A DNA stretch of 64,000 bases, from positions 496,001 through 560,000 of the forward strand of contig JAUFOR010000003.1 in assembly GCA_040285745.1 (NCBI GenBank), given 5' to 3'. Position numbers and translations under genes: made by a program. Numbering within the stretch: the first letter of the stretch is position 1; every line of letters starts with the position of its first letter. The notes beneath the pieces are model-generated. The model made no database searches, was not told where the DNA came from, and worked only from the letters and a program-made list of their open reading frames with translations. This document shows positions 61,133 through 64,000 of this stretch, piece after piece. Origin of the DNA: Barthelona sp. PCE. Taxonomy: Eukaryota.

Positions 61133-62983
61133 TTAAACTGCAAAACCGGCAAAGGAGGAGAATATTGTCGAGATATCACAATCACCAAGAAACTCCAATA
61201 TACTCACAGTATCCGTTTTCACACAGAGCTCTGTTTCTGAACTTTCAAAGACTAAAATGCTCTTATTTACCTGGAAATCCTTCAAGTTCATATAACCAAC
61301 CAAAACACCTGGCTTTGGTGACTGCAGATAGCAGTTAACCAGCTGAACACCGCGCTGTTTCTTGATACCGCTTGTATCAAATTCAAACACCTTGTTACCG
61401 TAGGCAAGGATGCCCGTGTCTATGAAGCATGGATTGACAGATCTTCTATAGTAATCGAATTCATAGCACTTAAGATCTTCGTCCTGTTCATCATATCTGA
61501 CAATATAACATTGTGCGCAGCATTCTTGTGGGCAATATGGATTGGCAACAAGTCTTTTGATGTTCCCCATCCACTTTTCCACAGTTTTAACAACTTCACC
61601 AGCAGCGTTTAATATATGCATCACAAGATGCCCCCCGTCCATATACCAAACGTAGTTTCCAACTATCCTGAGGTACTTAACCCGATCTTTGCATGTTATA
61701 CGACTGCCGTTTAGTACTAGAATAGTCTCATCATCATCATTTCTTATGAAAATTGCACCACTATTTCCACAAAACGAAATTTCAGCACAATAAGTATCAT
61801 CAAGAGGCTTGTCGATGGTTGCAGCTATAGATCCGTCATCATTATAAATATAACAGCTGTGTTTCGTTTCAGTAGCAAATGCGATATCCCATTTTTTTGT
61901 GTCACTGCTGTAAAACCTGCACATGCTGTGGAAAACATGACCCTCAAAGCAACTATCAGGCGAACAATGTATCAAAGCAGCAGAGTTATTGTACATGTCC
62001 AAGTGCACTGGAAAATCTCTAAAAGAAGCTGCTCTTATTTCTGAAAGAGGAGTTGAGTACTCATCCAACATGAACATGCACTGCACATCGTGCTTATCCA
62101 TCCGGTAAAAGTTAGTTACCCCAGTTGCACCATCATACTCAGAGCAATAAACCTCGTCATCAATGCAAACAAAATTCCAGTGCTCACAAACAACATCTGG
62201 GAAGCGACTGCGGATGGTAGGTTGAGGCACAATGACATCAAGCACACGGGCGATGATGTCTCCCTTTTCCACATTCCCGTTGAACGGTGTTCTGATTAAT
62301 TCACTGTTTTTATCGATTCTGCAGCTGAAAAGCGTGTCATTTTCAGCTGTAATGAAACGGGTGCATCCGGGCGTGTGATCCATAGCATAGACCGAATAAT
62401 TTTGTAATACACAGTGTACGGGTATTTCTTCACCTTCATCCACCATGAACGTCTTAACAGCTCGGTCGGCCCCATGTATCACGTAGGCAACTCCGTCATG
62501 CGAAACATATTGGATATTTGTACAATCTATGCTTGGCCGCATCACAATACGTTCCTGATCAAGATCCCATATTATATGGGCCCATGAGTCTTCTTCCCTC
62601 ACGATACCCACGAAAAAGCGCCCATTTAACATGACTCCGTGTATTTTGAAAGGTAAAATGACATGTCGAACAAAGGTAAACTCCCCTTCACAGAATTCAA
62701 ACAATTCCAACTTCCATCTCTCATCTCTGGACCTATACGAGGAGCGGTAGAATATGGTGGGCTCAATAAGAGTGGGTTTCAATATAGAATGCGGACTATA
62801 TTGATTGTGTGGGAGAATCATGCGGGAGATACGTGAGGTGAAGGTTTGTGGGCCCCGTAAGACATTGTCTTCATTCTTACTTATGTAACATATTGAACGT
62901 GTGTTGATTTTGCTATTTGTGCTTATTGCAAAAGCTGTATGCTTTAAAGAGATAAATGTGAAGTTTTTTGGTGCAATATTCAT
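61133..62983 (-). CDS. Uncharacterised beta-rich protein of an apparently expanded family
   Basis: Intact ORF of about 616 aa rich in short hydrophobic beta-type segments, with a paralogue at 7660-9249. Confidence 0.8.
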   Translation of the reverse strand: MNIAPKNFTFISLKHTAFAISTNSKINTRSICYISKNEDNVLRGPQTFTSRISRMILPHNQYSPHSILKPTLIEPTIFYRSSYRSRDERWKLELFEFCEGEFTFVRHVILPFKIHGVMLNGRFFVGIVREEDSWAHIIWDLDQERIVMRPSIDCTNIQYVSHDGVAYVIHGADRAVKTFMVDEGEEIPVHCVLQNYSVYAMDHTPGCTRFITAENDTLFSCRIDKNSELIRTPFNGNVEKGDIIARVLDVIVPQPTIRSRFPDVVCEHWNFVCIDDEVYCSEYDGATGVTNFYRMDKHDVQCMFMLDEYSTPLSEIRAASFRDFPVHLDMYNNSAALIHCSPDSCFEGHVFHSMCRFYSSDTKKWDIAFATETKHSCYIYNDDGSIAATIDKPLDDTYCAEISFCGNSGAIFIRNDDDETILVLNGSRITCKDRVKYLRIVGNYVWYMDGGHLVMHILNAAGEVVKTVEKWMGNIKRLVANPYCPQECCAQCYIVRYDEQDEDLKCYEFDYYRRSVNPCFIDTGILAYGNKVFEFDTSGIKKQRGVQLVNCYLQSPKPGVLVGYMNLKDFQVNKSILVFESSETELCVKTDTVSILEFLGDCDISTIFSSFAGFAV

Positions 62984-63411
62984 TAAAGAAGCCCATAAAA
63001 ATCCACTATTAATTCGATACAAGAAAGAAATTGATAATCACGGGAATCCATTATTTAAAGATGTCAGAGACTTTGAATATGCATATTCATCCTTTTGAAG
63101 TTTGATAGTACTTTGGCTTCAGATATTCAGATAGTTTTTGTTTCAAAAACTGTTGCTGATTGTTTCTCACATATTTACAACAGCAAAGCTCGTAGCATCA
63201 TGTTCAAAACAAAGTAAAAGCAAGGTAATATACGTTTTATGATAAATGAAGCAGTAGTAGTTTGTGCATGTAAGCAGTTTCCGAATATAGGATTATCTGT
63301 AACTTAAAGATCCACGAATGTAACAAATTTATACCCTTTTATGATACGCAATATTTCAGAACAAGTGTCTAAATTTGTAGTCGATTATTCACACCATTCC
63401 AATTCATTTCA

Positions 63412-63750
63412 ATGCTTAACGATTTGAAAGACATCGCAAGAGAGTACAGCGAAAAGCAGTCCATGCAAGATGCTCCCGGTACAGCGCACTTAAACAAGTA
63501 CATTTTTCTTTTTGCGTTTTTAGCAGCCTTTACCATTCTTTGTCGAGTCATCATTGGAGATTTCCCGTTCAACGCATTCCTCGGTGCATTGTTCTGTAGT
63601 GTTGGGTGTCTCACATTAACTGTTTCTCTAAAAATTCAGCTTAACAAGTCTGAATCATCAGAGTTCAAGTTCAAACCTTCACGCATCCTTGCAGACTTCT
63701 TTATTGTGAGTGTATTACTCATATTCATTTCAATCAGTTTCCTTGGTTAA
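63412..63750 (+). CDS. DAD1: Oligosaccharyltransferase subunit DAD1/OST2
   Basis: GDFPFNAFLGALFCSVG..TL.VSLKIQ.N ... R..ADF.......F...SFLG. Confidence 0.95.
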   Translation: MLNDLKDIAREYSEKQSMQDAPGTAHLNKYIFLFAFLAAFTILCRVIIGDFPFNAFLGALFCSVGCLTLTVSLKIQLNKSESSEFKFKPSRILADFFIVSVLLIFISISFLG

Positions 63751-63810
63751 AATGCAAACTTTTTTATTAGGTTAGATGAAAAATCGTGTAAACAGTCAGT
63801 TGTTCGTTAC

Positions 63811-64000
63811 TTATTCTTCAGCTGGAATTTCTGTTGCTGAGAGTTCTTCATTAGATACAGTTTCCACATCTAAAAGCTCACGCTCAGTCATTCCTTCCTC
63901 AATTCGCACTTCCTCCTCGACCATGTCTTCGCTAGCAAGCTCCTCTTCTTCAAGAACTTCTTCAACGACTTCTTCAACGACTTCTTCTTCAACTTGAGAA
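63811..64000 (-). CDS. Glu-rich C-terminus of a gene starting beyond the window
   Basis: Minus-strand frame ..SQVEEEVVEEVVEEVLEEEE..EIPAEE-stop. Confidence 0.75.
   Translation of the reverse strand, partial: SQVEEEVVEEVVEEVLEEEELASEDMVEEEVRIEEGMTERELLDVETVSNEELSATEIPAEE

Noticed and set aside
54697-63400. Autonomous transposon or integrated virus explanation for the accessory block
   Set aside because: No DDE transposase, tyrosine recombinase, reverse transcriptase, polymerase or capsid motif was recognised, and no terminal repeats or target-site duplication were found by eye.
14683-63750. Functional cluster of secretory-pathway genes (PIG-C, PI4KA, GH99, calnexin, SEC23, transporter, COPG, DAD1)
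   Set aside because: Interspersed with unrelated genes over 49 kb, with no evidence of more than chance in a housekeeping-dense genome.

Overview
Gene-dense window from a compact eukaryotic nuclear genome using the standard genetic code. It holds about 40 protein-coding loci with very short intergenic spacers and several overlapping convergent 3' ends. I found only three short spliceosomal introns (41-61 nt), each with the branch point fused to the acceptor (RCTNAYATTTAG). This, plus a CCTTT(T)CA motif upstream of start codons, resembles metamonad protists, which is an inference. Recognisable genes include a PH-domain dynamin, CNOT10, TMEM120, Snapin/Pallidin, an exosome RNase PH subunit, TYW3, PIG-C, NOP58, PI4K-alpha, a GH99 endomannosidase, calnexin, an MDR oxidoreductase, RPB11, TFIIA large subunit, RasGEF, RBX1, SEC23, a non-canonical poly(A) polymerase, HAUS1, a nucleotide-sugar transporter, NF-YC, gamma-COP, DDX10, selenophosphate synthetase, endosulfine (missed by the ORF track), RBM25 and DAD1. 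The most unusual part is about 54.7-63.4 kb. After a long AT-rich gap, two paralogous AT-hook + helix-turn-helix ORFs bracket an unknown reading frame of about 1470 codons that is split by a +1 frameshift. A perfect 23-bp operator-like palindrome sits just before that gene's start. Two other non-housekeeping loci are frameshifted. No tRNA, rRNA, CRISPR array or recognisable transposase was seen. All family calls come from motif recognition by eye, not from database searches.
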